From contig CAWDSQ010000001.1 in assembly GCA_963804955.1 (NCBI GenBank), forward strand, positions 114,905 through 178,904: 64,000 bases of DNA, read 5' to 3'. Positions 61,236-64,000 of this stretch are shown in pieces. Made by a program: the position numbers and the translations under genes. Each line of letters begins with the position of its first letter. The stretch's first letter is position 1. Origin of the DNA: an uncultured delta proteobacterium. Its GTDB lineage: Bacteria; Desulfobacterota; WTBG01; CAIYCZ01; CAIRTM01. A model generated the notes under the pieces. That model searched no databases and was not told the DNA's origin. It saw only the letters and a program-made list of their open reading frames with translations.

Positions 61236-62852
61236 ATGCACATGATGTTCACACACCTTCAGCGAAGCGGCATGGACTGGACTATAAAGCCGGGTTTTGA
61301 AAAAAGCCTGCCCGAGGCTATTCCTGCTTCTGTGGATGCCTGCAAGCATGACAGGCAGGCCACGCTTATTCGCGACAACAATGTGCGCATGTCGTTTTTT
61401 TACCGAACCGATGAGGCGGAGCTTTTTATAAAGCGCTACAAGTGCCGCAGCATCTGGGACACGGTAAAATATTTTTTCTTTCCCTCAAAGGCCATGGCGG
61501 AATGGCGTAATCTTCGGCGGTTTGAAGAAAAGGGCATACCGACATCGGCTCCTCTGGCTGTTGCTGAAAAGCGAACACTGCGCCTGCTGCGGGAAAGCTG
61601 CCTCGTGACCGCGTCGCTTGCCCCTGCCGAGGCGCTCAATGACTATCTGCTGAAAACAGCCCTTACCCCGGCCCGCCGGCAGGAGCTGGGTCGCTCGCTT
61701 GGCAGGCTCGTGCGCAAGCTGCATGATGCCAATGTTTTTTTTCGCGACCTGCACGCGGGTAATATTCTTATCCGCTGGAACGATGGACAGAGGCCGGAGC
61801 TGTTTCTGATTGATCTTCATAAGGCGTACTTTGTGCCCGTGCTGCAGCAGTGGATGCAGGTTCGGGACATCGGGCAGCTGTGCAACTCGCTGAAAGCCTC
61901 GCGCACTGACGCCGTCAGGTTTTTAAAGGTATATTGCAAAGGCAAAACCAGAGCCTGTTTCCGTACTCTCCAGCAGGCCATATACAGCAAACAGCTGGCG
62001 CTTGAGGCTGTGCGCATCAAAAGCCGCAGCAAGCGCTGCATCAGGCACAGCACGGTTTTTGAAAAGCACAGAACATGGGCTGAGTCCTATTTCGGGAGAA
62101 AGGACTTCGGAAGGAGTGCAGCCGATGCCGCCATTGCCCTGCACTGCACCGAGCTTGCCGCGGGCACGGCAGAGATTCTTAAGCGCGCATCAAAGTCAGC
62201 CGTTACCATGCACCCGCTTGAGGGCCATGGGCAGGTCTGCGTGAAAGGCTATCGCTATGGCGGACTGTGGTACAGCCTCAAGAACGTGTTCAAAAAGTCC
62301 CGCGCGCTTAAAAGCTGGATTGCCGCACATGGCCTGCTGGTGCGGGGCATCGACACGCCCCTGCCCCTTGCCGTGCTGGAGCGCACCTCGGGGCCCCTGC
62401 GGCGCGAAGCGTTTCTCATTACGCGGCTGCTGCCCGACGCCCGCGAGCTCAATGACTATATTCTCGCAACCGATCTGGGAGAGCGGAAAGGGGCTTTTAT
62501 TGCCGCCCTTGCCGGCATGCTCAGAAACATGCACGAACGGGGCATCTATCATGCCGATCTCAAATCAAACAATGTTCTCGTGCAGGAAGCAGGGCCGGGA
62601 TGGCGCTTTTCACTGATCGACCTTGACCGGACCTACTTCCTCGGCTCCCTCAGCTTTTCACAGCGGGCCAATAACCTTGCGCAGATCAATGCATCTGTGT
62701 CATCGCGCATGACGCTGCGGGATCGCTTGAAATTTTTCCATTTTTACGCTAAAGAAACTAATCTTTTGGCTGAGCGGGGGAAGTACTATCGCAAAATTCT
62801 TTCAATCAGCCGGAAAAAAAATACGGCGCCGTACGGCGTGATCTTTACCTGA
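61236..62852 (+). CDS. Lipopolysaccharide kinase (Kdo/WaaP/InaA family) with two tandem kinase domains; start uncertain
   Basis: Two catalytic loops, FRDLHAGNIL...LIDL and HADLKSNNVL...LIDL, each preceded by GI.T..PLAV.E. Confidence 0.82.
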   Translation: MHMMFTHLQRSGMDWTIKPGFEKSLPEAIPASVDACKHDRQATLIRDNNVRMSFFYRTDEAELFIKRYKCRSIWDTVKYFFFPSKAMAEWRNLRRFEEKGIPTSAPLAVAEKRTLRLLRESCLVTASLAPAEALNDYLLKTALTPARRQELGRSLGRLVRKLHDANVFFRDLHAGNILIRWNDGQRPELFLIDLHKAYFVPVLQQWMQVRDIGQLCNSLKASRTDAVRFLKVYCKGKTRACFRTLQQAIYSKQLALEAVRIKSRSKRCIRHSTVFEKHRTWAESYFGRKDFGRSAADAAIALHCTELAAGTAEILKRASKSAVTMHPLEGHGQVCVKGYRYGGLWYSLKNVFKKSRALKSWIAAHGLLVRGIDTPLPLAVLERTSGPLRREAFLITRLLPDARELNDYILATDLGERKGAFIAALAGMLRNMHERGIYHADLKSNNVLVQEAGPGWRFSLIDLDRTYFLGSLSFSQRANNLAQINASVSSRMTLRDRLKFFHFYAKETNLLAERGKYYRKILSISRKKNTAPYGVIFT

Positions 62853-62863
62853 GAAGGACCTGG

Positions 62864-64000
62864 ATGAAAATTCTGCACATCTTCAGCAACTGGAAATGGA
62901 CCGGGCCGGCCGAGCATGCCCTCAATCTTGCCCTGCAGCTCCGGCAGCACGGGCATGACGTGACTTTTGCCTGCGCGCCGCCCCCTGCGGGAATCACGGA
63001 GTCGATACAGGCGGTTGCCGTCGAGCGCGGCATGGAGCCGGTCACACATTTTCATCTGAGCAAGCACATACATGTTTCCAGGAATTTAAAGGACATTGCA
63101 GCTTTGCGCCGCTTTATTAAGAAAGAGCGCTTCGATATAGTACACACCCATATGCCCAACGATCATCTGGTGGCGGGCATGGCTGCGCGCAGCTTATTTG
63201 CCCGAATACCCGTCATACGCTCATGCTATGAGGGAGACGGCGTGCAGGGCGGCCTGCGCACCCGTATGACTCTGTCCCTTATGACCGACGGGCTTATCAC
63301 GATCTCAGACCTTACCCGCAATCAATTGATAGCGCGGCGCTATCTTCCCGCCGACAGGATATGGAAGGTTGATGTTCCGGTTGATCTCGAGCGGTTCAAC
63401 CCCGACCGCGTCAGAAACAACCGCGCCAAATTCAGCCTTCAGCCGGAGGCTGCCGTGGGCGGTATTGTGGCGCGCGTGCAGAAGCACCGGCGTTTCGAGG
63501 TGATACTTGAGGCCATGCAGATGGTGATGAAAGAGGTTCCATTTTTCAAGTTTATGGTGATCGGCAGGGGCACCAATATACAGGAGATTGCCGTGAAGCC
63601 GTCTCAAAACATGGGCATCCGCACCAACATGATCTTTACGGGCTACAAAAAAGAGGATTACGCGGAGACGCTTTCATGCCTTAATTTTAAGGTGTTTCTC
63701 ATGCCGGGCACCGACGGCGCCTGCAGGGCCGTGCGGGAGGCCATGGCGCTTAAAATTCCCGTTATTGCGGCACGAAGGGGGATGCTGCCGGAAATCATCC
63801 AGAATGAGGTCGACGGCCTTATCATTGATGATACGCCGGAAAACCTCTACCACGCCATCCTGTACATGATCGAGCACCCCGACCACCGGCTGATGATGGG
63901 GGAAAACGCCGCTCGCAAAGCACAGCTGCACTTTAACCTCGGGATTCAGACACAGCGGGTTGAAGAAATTTACCGCGACGTGATCGCACGCAAGAAGGCA
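62864..64000 (+). CDS. GT4-family glycosyltransferase (stop codon beyond window)
   Basis: Frame from ATG 62864 reads MKILHIFSNWKWTGPAEHA...DIVHTH...EAMALKIPVIA...PEII...GLII and is still open at base 64000 (absent from the ORF track). Confidence 0.85.
   Translation, partial: MKILHIFSNWKWTGPAEHALNLALQLRQHGHDVTFACAPPPAGITESIQAVAVERGMEPVTHFHLSKHIHVSRNLKDIAALRRFIKKERFDIVHTHMPNDHLVAGMAARSLFARIPVIRSCYEGDGVQGGLRTRMTLSLMTDGLITISDLTRNQLIARRYLPADRIWKVDVPVDLERFNPDRVRNNRAKFSLQPEAAVGGIVARVQKHRRFEVILEAMQMVMKEVPFFKFMVIGRGTNIQEIAVKPSQNMGIRTNMIFTGYKKEDYAETLSCLNFKVFLMPGTDGACRAVREAMALKIPVIAARRGMLPEIIQNEVDGLIIDDTPENLYHAILYMIEHPDHRLMMGENAARKAQLHFNLGIQTQRVEEIYRDVIARKKA

Overview
Bacterial chromosomal segment, about 55-60% GC by eye, with gene content typical of an anaerobic deltaproteobacterium (Desulfobacterota-like; this is an inference). 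The left end has a cupin regulator tail, leuC-leuD and hsp20. From about 3.2 to 53.4 kb lies a large block of mostly uncharacterised envelope genes: three DUF3313-like lipoproteins, two DUF6515-like proteins, DUF2092, DUF4105/Lnb, two alpha/beta hydrolases, an RND pump, MlaE/F/D-PqiC, an AsmA-like protein, a TonB receptor-YfiR-HAMP sensor triad, a NarL-type two-component system, gnd/pgl, a K+ channel and an antiporter. The right end has tRNA-Ala(CGC) followed by LPS/glycan genes, a HerA-like ATPase and a VapBC module. Many genes carry single-base frameshifts, most likely sequencing or assembly indels. The most notable feature (18.1-21.9 kb) is a membrane-anchored heptaheme NapC/NirT-like cytochrome followed by a gene that the ORF track splits into four pieces. 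It reads as one exported protein of about 728 aa: signal peptide, one heme motif, an in-frame UGA (G-A-G-U-G-G) with a SECIS-like hairpin whose loop begins 16 nt downstream, nine more CxxCH motifs plus a CxxCK, and a tandem rhodanese unit. This is a candidate selenocysteine-containing multiheme cytochrome-sulfurtransferase fusion with its own quinol-oxidising partner. Also notable are a four-helix-bundle gene bracketed by mutually complementary heptamer arrays inside the mla operon and several REP/MITE-like elements, one of them in frame in a gene.
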